NCBI GenBank assembly: GCA_039679545.1
Contig: JBDKUT010000155.1
Span: 1 to 38,511, forward strand
Length of the DNA stretch: 38,511 bases
Direction: 5' to 3'
Source of the DNA: Thermotogota bacterium
GTDB taxonomy: Bacteria > Bipolaricaulota > Bipolaricaulia > UBA7950 > UBA9294
Shown here: one piece after another, positions 8,179 to 17,104 of the stretch
How the letters are laid out: the number at the start of each line of letters is the position of its first letter
Numbering within the stretch: position 1 is the first letter of the stretch
The notes under the pieces: generated by a model
Seen by the model: the letters and a program-made list of their open reading frames with translations, nothing else
Database searches by the model: none
Told to the model about the DNA's origin: nothing
Program-made: the position numbers and the translations under genes

Positions 8179-9176
8179 CGTTGCGACGGGGCCGCCGCGC
8201 TCTTTGGATTCTGATTCCCGCGGCGGCGGCCCTGTTCCTCGTCTCGCTCGTCGTCGGCCGGTACGGCGTCCGACCGATCGAGGCGCTCCGCGCCTTGTTC
8301 GGGGCGGACGAATCGGATGTCCTTCGCGCTCTCATTCTGCGGGTACGTCTCCCGCGGACGATCGCGGCTGCGTGCGTGGGCGCGAACCTCGCGGTGAGCG
8401 GAGCGGTGCTCCAGGGGTTGTTCCGCAACCCGCTCGTCGACGGCAAAGTGCTTGGAGTGAGTTCCGGAGCGGCGTTCGGCGCCGCACTGGCGCTCTCCGT
8501 GGTCGGCGGAGCCACGGCCGTTCAGGGATTGTCGTTCCTGTTCGCACTGGCGGCCGTCGGACTGGTCGCCTGGATCGGCTGGCGGTTCGGCGCAGCTCCG
8601 CTCGTCCTCGTGGTCGGCGGGATTGCTGTCAGCGCGCTGTTTGACGCGCTGATTGGACTCGTTAAGTACGTTGCGGACCCGTTGAGTCGACTCCCCGCAA
8701 TTACCTACTGGCTGCTCGGCGGCCTCAGCGCGAGCCGGTGGGAGACGCTGATCCCCGTCGTTGTCGTCACCGTCGTCGGACTCACGCTCTTTCTTCTCTT
8801 CTCGTGGCGCCTGAATCTCCTCACGTTGAGCGAAGCCGAAGCCGCGAGCCTCGGGCTACGCGTGCGGCCGCTTCGCATCGTCGTGATCGGCGCGTCCACC
8901 GTTCTGATCGCGGCGTCGGTCTCCGTCTCCGGGATGATCGGCTGGATCGGACTCGTCGTGCCGCATGTGACGCGTGCATGGGTCGGCGCCGATCACGAGC
9001 GGCTGATCCCGACGTCGGCGGTTCTCGGGGCGGCGACCCTCATCGGCCTGGATACGATCGCCCGCACGGTCCTGCCAAGCGAGATTCCGCTCGGGATCCT
9101 GACCGGGCTGATCGGGATCCCCGCGTTCCTGCTTCTCTTCCTTCGACTCGTGCGGTCCCGAGGAGCGGAGCGATGA
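8175..9176 (+). CDS. FecCD/BtuC family ABC permease
   Basis: Motifs: RVRLPR, LQGLFRNPL, LGVSSGAAFG, EAEAASLG, GMIGWIGLVVPH, EIPLGILTGLIG. ATGA overlaps at both ends. Confidence 0.93.
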   Translation: MTLRRGRRALWILIPAAAALFLVSLVVGRYGVRPIEALRALFGADESDVLRALILRVRLPRTIAAACVGANLAVSGAVLQGLFRNPLVDGKVLGVSSGAAFGAALALSVVGGATAVQGLSFLFALAAVGLVAWIGWRFGAAPLVLVVGGIAVSALFDALIGLVKYVADPLSRLPAITYWLLGGLSASRWETLIPVVVVTVVGLTLFLLFSWRLNLLTLSEAEAASLGLRVRPLRIVVIGASTVLIAASVSVSGMIGWIGLVVPHVTRAWVGADHERLIPTSAVLGAATLIGLDTIARTVLPSEIPLGILTGLIGIPAFLLLFLRLVRSRGAER

Positions 9177-9958
9177 GGCTCGCAGCGGCCGACGTCTCGT
9201 ACGCCTATGTTCACGGCGAGGAGGTTCTGCATGGCGTGTCGCTGTCCCTTGTTGATGGGGAGGTGGCCTTCGTTCTTGGCGCGAACGGGTCGGGAAAGAC
9301 GACACTCCTTCAGTGCTTGAGCGGTGTGCGACAACCTACGTCAGGAGTTGTGTCTGTCGACGGTCGAGCGCTTGTACAGCTCACGCCCCGGGAACGGGCG
9401 CGATGGATCGGCGTCGTGCCTCAGCTTCACGAGCCCGCGTTTGCATTTACGGTGACCGAGGCTGTTCTGATGGGACGCGCCCCGCACTTGGGACTGTTTG
9501 CTCGCCCGGGACCCGACGATCAAGCGATCGTAGACCGTGCCCTTGAGGCCGTGGGAATCCTCGGCATGAAGCATCGCCCATACACCGAGATTAGCGGAGG
9601 GGAGCAGCAACTCGTCCTCATCGCGCGCTGACTGGCTCAAGGCGCGCGGTGCCTCTTAATGGACGAACCGGCCGCGCACCTCGACCCGCACCACCAGCAT
9701 GGGATCCTCGGCATCGTCAAGGAATTGACGGTAGGGGGACATTCGTTCGTCGTTACGTCACACCAGCCGGACAACGCCTTTCTCTACGCAGACTACGTCC
9801 TTCTTCTCGTCGCCGGAGCGGCGCACAGCGGCGGACGTCCGGCCGAAGCGATTACCGAGGCGTCGCTGCGAGCCGCCTACGGAATGGAGTTCGAGATCGT
9901 ACAGGGGCAAAGCGGCGCTCGCGCCGTCGTACCTCGTCTGCTGGCCTCTCCGAGCTGA
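9173..9958 (+). pseudogene. FepC/BtuD-like ABC ATP-binding protein interrupted by an in-frame TGA at 9629-9631
   Basis: Walker A GANGSGKTT and signature ISGGEQQLVLIAR, then TGA, then in the same frame LAQGARCLLMDEPAAHLD (Walker B) and the H-loop TSHQPD. Confidence 0.85.
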
Positions 9959-9969
9959 CGCGAGCGCTT

Positions 9970-11457
9970 CTACGACGCGGGGAACTCTTCCTTCGGGGCC
10001 TCGATGACCGAGCGTTGCCAGCTTCCCGTTCGGAGCCACAGGATCGCCGCGATGCCGGACAAGACGTTCGAGGCAGACATGCCGAGCCAGATGCCCGTCG
10101 AGCCGAGTCCGAGGGAGAAGGCGAACAGCCACGACAACGGGATGCGAAGGATCCACAGGCGGATGAGTCCAAGCATCATCGCGGGGAAGTTGTGTCCCGC
10201 GCCCCGGTAGACCGCCTCCGCGGCGAGGAACGTGCACAAGAAGGGCATGCTTGCCGCGAAGAGAGCGATGAAACTCATGGCCTCACGGATCGCCTCGCTC
10301 TGTCCGGGCATGAACACACCGACGAGCGGCCGGCGCACCACGTAGAGGACGACGGCCTCTACCAGAACAACGATGAACAGGGCGCGAATTCCCTTGCTCA
10401 CAAGGTGGCGTGCCCGATCGAGGAGCCCCGCTCCGAGAGCCTGGCCAATCATCGTCGTCAGCCCGACGCCGAGCCCGTCGGTGGCTATGAAGAGGAGTCC
10501 GAAGACACGATCAGCCACTCCATAGCCGGCCAGCGCGGCCGCGGCATTCGGAAGCCGGCCGATGAGGGCGATCATGATCATGAAGCCAAACGCGACGCTT
10601 GATTGACCAATCCCAGCTGGAAGTCCGATGTGGATTGCCTTCTTCATCCACGCCGCTTGGAGGGGCATGAGCTCTCGGCGCAGCCGTAGTACGCCGCGCC
10701 GCCGAGTCAGAAGAGCAAGAAAGGCAAGCATCGCCACGCCCTGCGCGGCGACCGTCGCGTAGGCAGCGCCGGCAATCCCGAGGTGGGGAAACTGAACCTG
10801 AGTCAGGGACGCGAGGACGCCGGACTCGGGGATGCCCACCCAGCCGAAGACTGTTCGGAACGGGTTCCATCCTAGGATAAGCATTGGGTCGAGAAGGATG
10901 TTGAGCCCGACGCCGAGGACATTGACGCCGACCGGCAAGAGTGTGTTCCCTGTCGCGGAGAACGCGGCCGACGCCAGCATGGGCAGCAGCATCGTGTGGA
11001 TTCCACAGAAGACGATCCGGAGGTAGGTGGTCGCCTCGTGGGCCACAGCCGGGTCGGAGACGAGGATGCCGACAACCCATGAAGTGATGAAAGATCCGAC
11101 GCCGGCGATGACCAGTCCGCCGATAAGCCCGACGGTGAACAGCTGGTTCAGAGCGCGGTTCGCGTCGTCCGGGCGATTCGCTCCGATGTTCTGGGCGACC
11201 AACGCGCTGACCGCCGCGCCGGCGAATCCCCCCAGGAAGGAGACGAGAAACCAGACGAACGGCCACGAAGTCTGGACTCCCGCCATCGCCGCAAGGGCGC
11301 CGGTTCCCTGCAGCCTGCCGATCCAGAAAGCGTCGGCGAGGTTGTAGAGAGAGAAGAGCACTGATGAAACGACCGCGGGAGCACCGATCCGCACCATCAT
11401 GCGGATCGGATGCCCCGTCAGGATCTCGTCTCGACTCGGAGGCGCAAACAAACTCAT
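9970..11457 (-). CDS. MATE family efflux transporter
   Basis: Motifs: LYNLADAFWIGRL, NILLDPMLI, LGIAGAAYATV, IGLPAG, GQALGAG, YRGAG, RLWILRIPL. AAGGAG precedes the ATG at 11457. Confidence 0.93.
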   Translation of the reverse strand: MSLFAPPSRDEILTGHPIRMMVRIGAPAVVSSVLFSLYNLADAFWIGRLQGTGALAAMAGVQTSWPFVWFLVSFLGGFAGAAVSALVAQNIGANRPDDANRALNQLFTVGLIGGLVIAGVGSFITSWVVGILVSDPAVAHEATTYLRIVFCGIHTMLLPMLASAAFSATGNTLLPVGVNVLGVGLNILLDPMLILGWNPFRTVFGWVGIPESGVLASLTQVQFPHLGIAGAAYATVAAQGVAMLAFLALLTRRRGVLRLRRELMPLQAAWMKKAIHIGLPAGIGQSSVAFGFMIMIALIGRLPNAAAALAGYGVADRVFGLLFIATDGLGVGLTTMIGQALGAGLLDRARHLVSKGIRALFIVVLVEAVVLYVVRRPLVGVFMPGQSEAIREAMSFIALFAASMPFLCTFLAAEAVYRGAGHNFPAMMLGLIRLWILRIPLSWLFAFSLGLGSTGIWLGMSASNVLSGIAAILWLRTGSWQRSVIEAPKEEFPAS

Positions 11458-11574
11458 GGCCGACGGCTCCTTGTAGCGACTCGTTAGGAAGCGAACGACC
11501 TGCGGAAGACCGCGGGATAGTACCTCTTGGAGCCGGATTCCGCAGTCTTCCAAGAACTAGCGAAAAGTGATAGA

Positions 11575-11652
11575 GTGGAGAACGCTGCGGCTCGAGCCAA
11601 CAACCTCATCGGGACGGTCAGAGGCGAAGTCTCGGCCGCAGCATCACTCCAC
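11575..11652 (-). other. Long imperfect hairpin between the beta-CASP gene and the MATE gene (terminator or leader structure)
   Basis: Nested stems GTGGAG/CTCCAC, GCTGCGGC(T)CGAG/CTCGGCCGCAGC and CCTC/GAGG. On the minus strand it is followed by TCTATCACTTTT. Confidence 0.45.
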
Positions 11653-11706
11653 CATTCCGATTCTGGGGGGCCAGCGTCTCGGAAGCGTCTCCAGCCACCA
11701 GGGCGG

Positions 11707-13083
11707 TCAGACGGTCACCGTTTCCTTCCACGCGGGGATGCGTGGAACGATCCCAAGCTCCGATTGGATCTTTCTTTGGAGCGCCTGTTGAGAGGTAGGC
11801 TCTCCGTGGACGAGGAATAGGTCGCGGGGCTTGGCCTTGGCGAGCCAGTCCATCAGGATCGGCTGGTCGGCGTGCGACGAGAAGCCGTTGACCGTCCACA
11901 CCTTGGCGCGAACGGCGACCTCCTCTCCGAAGAGGTGCACGCTCTTGGTCCCCTCGACGAGATTCCGGCCAAGGGTGCCGACCGCCTGATACCCGACGAA
12001 CACAACCCCGGCGGAGGCATTCCACAGGTTGTAGCGCAGATGGTGCAGAATCCGCCCGCCGGTGCACATTCCGCTTCCGGCGATGATCACGTTGCCGCCC
12101 GGTTGGGCGTTGATCTGCTTCGACTCGTCGGTCGTCTGGGCGTAGTGAAGGAGCGGGAAGTCGAACGGGTTCGGGCGTTGAGAGAACACCTTTCGACCCT
12201 CGTCGTCGAAGTAGTCGGGGAAGCGCTCGAACACGCGCGTCGTCGACGTTGCGAGCGGACTATCCAGGTAGATTCGGCATCGCGGAAGATCGTGGCGCGA
12301 CCACAGGAGGAAGACCTCGTACAGGACTTCCTGTGCCCGCTCCAGGGCGAACGACGGGATGAGGACATTCCCGCCGCCGGGGATGACGTCATGGATCGCG
12401 TCTCGAAGCTCCGCGACGGAGTCCTCGATCGATCGGTGAACGCGATCGCCGTACGTCGACTCGACGAGGACCACGTCGACGTGGGGCGGCGTGCTGGGGT
12501 CACGAACGATCGGCTGGTGGCGATTGCCGAGGTCGCCGCTGAACAAGAGCCGGCCGTTCGACGTGCGAAGTTCGATGCACGCCGATCCGAGGATGTGCCC
12601 GGCGTCGTGGAAGACACAAGAGAGCCCTTTCCCGAGATCCACGAGGTCGCCGTACCCGGGAATCGGGTGGAACAGGTCGGCCGTGCGGAGCACGTCGTCC
12701 ATGTCGTAGAGGGGCGGGGTCCCGGTCTCGCCGCGGCGCTTCGCTTTGCGCGTGCGGAAGGCGGCTTCTTCAACCTGGAGGTGGGCGGAGTCGGCGAGCA
12801 TGAGCTTGGCGATGGCCGCCGTCGGCGGCGTGCAGAGAATGCGGCCGACGAACCCGTCGTGGACGAGGCGTGGCAGAAGGCCGGCGTGGTCGAGGTGCGC
12901 GTGGGAGAGAAGGACGAAGTCGAGGCTGGCCGGGTCGAACGGGAATGGGCTACGGTTTCGCTCGTCGATCTCCCGGCTCCCCTGAAACAACCCGCAGTCG
13001 AGCAAGACTCGAAGGCCGTTGGTTTCGACCAAGTGGGACGAACCTGTGACCGTCCCTGCTGCCCCGCAGAATGTGACCTTCAT
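11707..13083 (-). CDS. MBL-fold beta-CASP ribonuclease-like metallo-hydrolase
   Basis: Motifs: GAAGTVTGS, LDCGLFQG, SHAHLDHAG, AGHILGS, ESTYGDR, GSGMCTGGRILHHL, FSSHADQ, LVHGE. Confidence 0.95.
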   Translation of the reverse strand: MKVTFCGAAGTVTGSSHLVETNGLRVLLDCGLFQGSREIDERNRSPFPFDPASLDFVLLSHAHLDHAGLLPRLVHDGFVGRILCTPPTAAIAKLMLADSAHLQVEEAAFRTRKAKRRGETGTPPLYDMDDVLRTADLFHPIPGYGDLVDLGKGLSCVFHDAGHILGSACIELRTSNGRLLFSGDLGNRHQPIVRDPSTPPHVDVVLVESTYGDRVHRSIEDSVAELRDAIHDVIPGGGNVLIPSFALERAQEVLYEVFLLWSRHDLPRCRIYLDSPLATSTTRVFERFPDYFDDEGRKVFSQRPNPFDFPLLHYAQTTDESKQINAQPGGNVIIAGSGMCTGGRILHHLRYNLWNASAGVVFVGYQAVGTLGRNLVEGTKSVHLFGEEVAVRAKVWTVNGFSSHADQPILMDWLAKAKPRDLFLVHGEPTSQQALQRKIQSELGIVPRIPAWKETVTV

Positions 13084-13216
13084 CGTTCCTCCTGTTCACG
13101 AGTGCGGCGGACTTCGAGCCTCTCCAAGTGCGGTCCGGCTCGAAGCTCCACCGTCCGGCAGATCGTCGCATCATACTCGACGGGGCGGGATCGAAACGGC
13201 GTATCGGGTCAGGTGG

Positions 13217-13246
13217 AAAGAAAGGCGGCGCACCGGAGTGCGCCGC
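13217..13246 (-). terminator. Intrinsic terminator after the cold-shock gene
   Basis: 9-bp stem GCGGCGCAC-CGGA-GTGCGCCGC (13225-13246), followed on the minus strand by CTTTCTTT. Confidence 0.75.
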
Positions 13247-13272
13247 GTGAAAGCCTTGCGTACGGCTCGTTC

Positions 13273-13485
13273 CTAGAGAACGGGCGTCACGTCGACGGCC
13301 TGCGGACCTCTCTGTCCCTGACCCAACGTGAACTCGACCTTTTGACCCTCGGCCAGCGACTTGAAGCCGGCGCCGCGGATCGAGCTGAAATGCACGAAGA
13401 CGTCTTCACCTTGCTCTCGCGAGATGAAGCCAAACCCCTTCGCGTCGTTGAACCACTTGACGGTACCCGTTTCGCGATCGGACAT
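13273..13485 (-). CDS. cspA: Cold-shock protein (CspA family)
   Basis: 70 aa. Motifs: [15 protein letters not shown] (RNP1), DVFVHFSSI (RNP2), GPQAVDV. AGGAAGGT precedes the ATG. The paralog name is uncertain. Confidence 0.95.
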   Translation of the reverse strand: MSDRETGTVKWFNDAKGFGFISREQGEDVFVHFSSIRGAGFKSLAEGQKVEFTLGQGQRGPQAVDVTPVL

Positions 13486-13596
13486 ACTCAACACCTTCCT
13501 CGATGCTGGGAGCTTTAGTGAAGCAGGACATCCTCCGTGGGTTGCAGAAAGACTGAACTCCAAGAAAGCGACTGCAAACTACCAACAACGCGCTTC

Positions 13597-13624
13597 AGTA
13601 TACCGCGTTGCCCAGGAATCTCAA
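13597..13624 (-). promoter_or_regulatory. Sigma70-like promoter of the cold-shock gene
   Basis: TTGAGA-16 nt-TATACT on the minus strand, implying a 5' UTR of about 105 nt. Confidence 0.6.
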
Positions 13625-13650
13625 CTCCCGGCGAACCTTGCGACAAGCGG

Positions 13651-14712
13651 CTACAGCGACGTCTTCTCTTGGAGGTTGTAGCGCATGATGGCTCCGTGCG
13701 CGCCGTCGCGGATCCGCTCGAGGCCGTAGACCGCGCCCTTCGGGCCGCGGGCATGCTGCAAGACATCGTCGACAAGAGCGACATCCCCCGCGTCAAGGTG
13801 GAACGAGCACAGTCCCGCGATGTCGGACAGGTGATGAGCGTGCCGCGCGCCGACGATCACGGCGGCGACCGCCGGCTTCTCCAGGACATAGCGCGACGCC
13901 ACCGCCGAGAGGCTCACCCCGTGGCGGTCGGCGATCGCCTGCAGGGTCGCGAGCAACGACTGGAACAACCGCCAATCCCCGAACTCGTCGACAATCAGCT
14001 TGTACTTCGTGAGAGAGCGGTTCTCGTACGGCGGGGACGGCTCCGCGGCGCCCACGAAGCGGCTTGATAGCAGCCCGCCGGCAACCGTTCCGTAGCACAG
14101 GAGCGAGATTCCGCGAGCCTGACAGAAGCCCGCCATCTCCGACTCGGGCCGCCGATCGAGCGCCGAGTACTGAACCTGGTTTGACACCACGGGGATTCCT
14201 TCGTGGAGGATCTCCTCGAGATGCTCGATGTCGAAGTTCGTCACGCCGACGTGCCGGATCTTCCCGCGCTTCTCGAGGTCGTGGAGCCACCCTGCGGCGT
14301 CGACGTACCCGGGGACGGAGTAGTCCCACCAGTGCAGCTGGACGAGGTCGAGCCGCTCAACCCCCAGGCGCCGGAGCGACCGGTCGACCGTCGCTTCGAC
14401 GTCGAACCGGGAGAGCGTCGGGAGTCGATCGAGATCGGGGACGCACTTCGTGTGCACCTGGATGGGAGGGATCTCGCCTGCTCGTACGGCGTCGCGCGAG
14501 AGGCGCAGGAAGGCGCCGATCATCTCCTCGACGCCGGTGTAGATGTCGGCGCAGTCAAACGTCGTCACGCCGGCGTCGACAAAGCGGCGCATGTCGGCAA
14601 GTGCACCGCCCATGTCAACGGGACCGTGGCCTCCGGCCAACTGCCAGGAGCCCTTGATGACCTGGGAGATGGAGTATTCCGGTGCCAATTCGATGCGTTC
14701 GATGTTCGCCAA
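13651..14712 (-). CDS. Aldo/keto reductase
   Basis: Motifs: GSWQLAGGHG, TFDCADIY, VHTK, SLRRLGVERLDLVQLHWW, GKIRHVGVTNF, NQVQYS. Confidence 0.93.
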   Translation of the reverse strand: MANIERIELAPEYSISQVIKGSWQLAGGHGPVDMGGALADMRRFVDAGVTTFDCADIYTGVEEMIGAFLRLSRDAVRAGEIPPIQVHTKCVPDLDRLPTLSRFDVEATVDRSLRRLGVERLDLVQLHWWDYSVPGYVDAAGWLHDLEKRGKIRHVGVTNFDIEHLEEILHEGIPVVSNQVQYSALDRRPESEMAGFCQARGISLLCYGTVAGGLLSSRFVGAAEPSPPYENRSLTKYKLIVDEFGDWRLFQSLLATLQAIADRHGVSLSAVASRYVLEKPAVAAVIVGARHAHHLSDIAGLCSFHLDAGDVALVDDVLQHARGPKGAVYGLERIRDGAHGAIMRYNLQEKTSL

Positions 14713-14736
14713 GGTTCCCTTTCGCGCGTCCGGAGA

Positions 14737-14787
14737 GAGAAAGAAGAGCCGCAGCCGTGCACGCTCTCGTCACAGGCTGCGGCTCTT
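14737..14787 (-). terminator. Intrinsic terminator after the PKD lipoprotein gene
   Basis: Perfect 13-bp stem AAGAGCCGCAGCC / GGCTGCGGCTCTT, followed on the minus strand by CTTTCTCT. Confidence 0.65.
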
Positions 14788-14817
14788 GGGAGTGCCGGTT
14801 ACGATCCCGTCAGCGCG

Positions 14818-15471
14818 CTAGTCAAGGGTTACGTCCCAGCTCCACATGTTGACCGGAGCCCCGAGGATCCACCAATCCCCTTCGATGCGGGTCTCTGATG
14901 CATCCATGGTTCCGTCAAGGCGGATGCCGAGGTCGAACAGGCTGAACCTCACCCGTTTGGTCTCCGGGTCGAAGGACGTGTCACTGCACGCGAGCGTCGC
15001 TCCCAGCATATAGCAGGTGCCCTGGATCCCGCCGGTCGAGGATTGGGTGATGACAAGCTCCATGTCGTTTGCGAAGCCCGTGTTGTCGACGATGTACCCC
15101 CGCCATGTCCCGGCGACGCTTGCCGTGATCGGAACAGTCTTCTCGACCGTGGCGCTCTTGCCCCCAGCGTCGGTCACCGTGAGGGTCACGTCGTAGTCGC
15201 CGCTCTTGTCGAACTCATGGGTTGGGTTCCTGGACGAGGCCGACTCGCCGTCGTCGAAGTCCCAGTCCCACGAAATGACGCCGCCGCTGCCGAACAGCCC
15301 GCCTTCGTCCGTCGACGTGTCTTCGAACTCAACCTCGGTTCTTGCCAGCGGTTCATTGGGCGACCAATCAAAGTCCGCTTCTGGTGCCGCATTGAAGAGA
15401 TTGCACCCGGTCACAACCACGAACGCCCCTGCCAAGACCGCCAACCCAATCCAACGGAGTGAACGTTTCAT
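14818..15471 (-). CDS. PKD-domain lipoprotein
   Basis: Signal peptide with lipobox VTGC; PKD motifs PEADF, WDWDFDDG, PTHEFDKSGDYDVTLTVTD; unknown C-terminal beta domain. TATAAT at 15493-15498 (rc). Confidence 0.85.
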   Translation of the reverse strand: MKRSLRWIGLAVLAGAFVVVTGCNLFNAAPEADFDWSPNEPLARTEVEFEDTSTDEGGLFGSGGVISWDWDFDDGESASSRNPTHEFDKSGDYDVTLTVTDAGGKSATVEKTVPITASVAGTWRGYIVDNTGFANDMELVITQSSTGGIQGTCYMLGATLACSDTSFDPETKRVRFSLFDLGIRLDGTMDASETRIEGDWWILGAPVNMWSWDVTLD

Positions 15472-15535
15472 GTTGCTTGCCCTCCCATCTCCATTATAGC
15501 AGGTCCGCCGAATCCGCCTACTCTGCGGACCTGCG

Positions 15536-16201
15536 TTAGCGTCGCTCCGCCGCGTGGATGTACTCGTCCAGAGATCGCTCGGCGATGGAACCGACGACGA
15601 GATCCGCATTCGGGAAGTTCGAGTGCCGGGTGACGCGATTGGGGACGACGACTACGAAGAGGCCGGCACGCCTCGCCGCCTCGGCCCCGTGAACGGAGTC
15701 TTCGAACGCGATGGCCTCGTCGGCGCGGGCGCCGAGGGCGCAAAGGGCCGCTGTATAGAGTTCGGGATCGGGCTTCACGAGCGTGACGTCCTCGGCGCAC
15801 AGAAGGGCCTGGAAGCTCGAGAGGAGGCCGAAGGTCCGAAGGTGTCTCTCAACCCACGCTCGGTCGGAGCTCGAGGCGACCGCAAGGCCTAGCCCACGGG
15901 ATCGAGCTTCACGGATCAGCTCCGTGACGCCGGGGAGGATTGTCTCCCCGGCCAGGAGTTCGTGTTCGCGGCGCAGTCGCTTCCGACGAACAGACTCACG
16001 GTCGATGGGATGGCCGAGGTGCTCCTCCAGAAGGGCGTACGCCTCCGGTGGGTCCGCAGCGGCTCCGAGAAGAGACGCCCACCGGACCGGAGGGACTGAG
16101 AGCCCGACCTCGGAGTAGATCTCCTCCCAGGACAGCTGAAGAGGAGTCTCGGTGTCGAGAATCAGACCGTCGAAGTCGAACACGAGCGCGCGGATCATCA
16201 T
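15536..16201 (-). CDS. HAD-superfamily hydrolase (subfamily IA, beta-PGM-like)
   Basis: Motifs: VFDFDGLILDTE, AVASSS, KPDPELY, AFEDSVHG. Confidence 0.93.
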   Translation of the reverse strand: MMIRALVFDFDGLILDTETPLQLSWEEIYSEVGLSVPPVRWASLLGAAADPPEAYALLEEHLGHPIDRESVRRKRLRREHELLAGETILPGVTELIREARSRGLGLAVASSSDRAWVERHLRTFGLLSSFQALLCAEDVTLVKPDPELYTAALCALGARADEAIAFEDSVHGAEAARRAGLFVVVVPNRVTRHSNFPNADLVVGSIAERSLDEYIHAAERR

Positions 16202-16331
16202 TTGCCCATCAATAGACTCGCCGTGCCGTCCTCCAGCGATCACAAGTCGACAGCATACCATGGGGTAACGTTGAACGGCGAGCCGCCGGCCAGGGTGTCT
16301 GCAGCGCGCCGTGGCGCGGCCCGAACCGCAC

Positions 16332-17018
16332 TTAGAAGGTGACTTCGGACTTCGAGCCGCTCTGAGGCGTTGATGGGGTAGGTGTGGAGATACCGGCTCG
16401 CACGGCCTGTTCGAAGAGGGATGCGGCGAAGCCGCGAAGAGCCGCTACATCGGAGGCCGTGGCGTCCCGGTCACCCGACCCGACGATGGCCAGACGCCCG
16501 GGGACAGCATTGACTGTCGTGTCGCCGCTTTCCTCTCGATCGAGAGGCTTCAGCGTGCGTAGCCACTCGTTCAGCTGGTTTCGCTGAGCCTCGTTGAGCA
16601 TAAGATTTCCGCGCTCCGCTTCCCCTTGCCCCTTGCAGGAGGTTGCGACGGCCCGGCCGTCGGCGTGGATGATGAGACGGTCGCAGAGGCTGGAAGTAGT
16701 CCCGCCGCGCTTCCAAGCCAGGACCTGGCCCGGCGAGAGGAAGGCCGGCTCGGGTGCCGGCTGCTTCACGGCCGGCGTTGTCGGCTTGCCGGCGGTCTCC
16801 GTCTTGGATGTTGCCGAAGTGGGTGTTGAAGCGGTTGGGGCCGAAGGTTTGGCGGCGGTTGAGCCTGCCGTAGGGGGCGTGGCCGCCGGCGCGCTCGTCA
16901 CGGGGCTGCTTGGCATCGTCTTCGTTGCTTTCTCTGTGCATCCACCGATGCACAGAAGCACGATGAAGAGGATTACTAGCCCACCTAGAGCATACGCCCG
17001 CACGGCTCGATACTGCAC
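16332..17018 (-). CDS. Hypothetical lipoprotein with a Pro/Thr/Ala-rich linker and a small globular C-terminal domain
   Basis: Hydrophobic signal ending IGGC; low-complexity linker; domain WKRGG..LCDRLIIHADG..SC. Confidence 0.65.
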   Translation of the reverse strand: MQYRAVRAYALGGLVILFIVLLCIGGCTEKATKTMPSSPVTSAPAATPPTAGSTAAKPSAPTASTPTSATSKTETAGKPTTPAVKQPAPEPAFLSPGQVLAWKRGGTTSSLCDRLIIHADGRAVATSCKGQGEAERGNLMLNEAQRNQLNEWLRTLKPLDREESGDTTVNAVPGRLAIVGSGDRDATASDVAALRGFAASLFEQAVRAGISTPTPSTPQSGSKSEVTF

Positions 17019-17104
17019 CCCGCTTTTCCCTCCCTAGTCTCGGAGCGGCTCCGTGTGAGTCTCGGTCCGCTCCAACACCCGCTTTGGCTGCTCCGGAAAC
17101 GGCC

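Noticed and set aside
9629..9631. TGA recoded as Gly/Trp (alternative genetic code) or as selenocysteine
   Set aside because: It is the only in-frame TGA in about 37 genes, TGA properly ends about 12 genes, the position is not a catalytic Cys, and no clear SECIS follows
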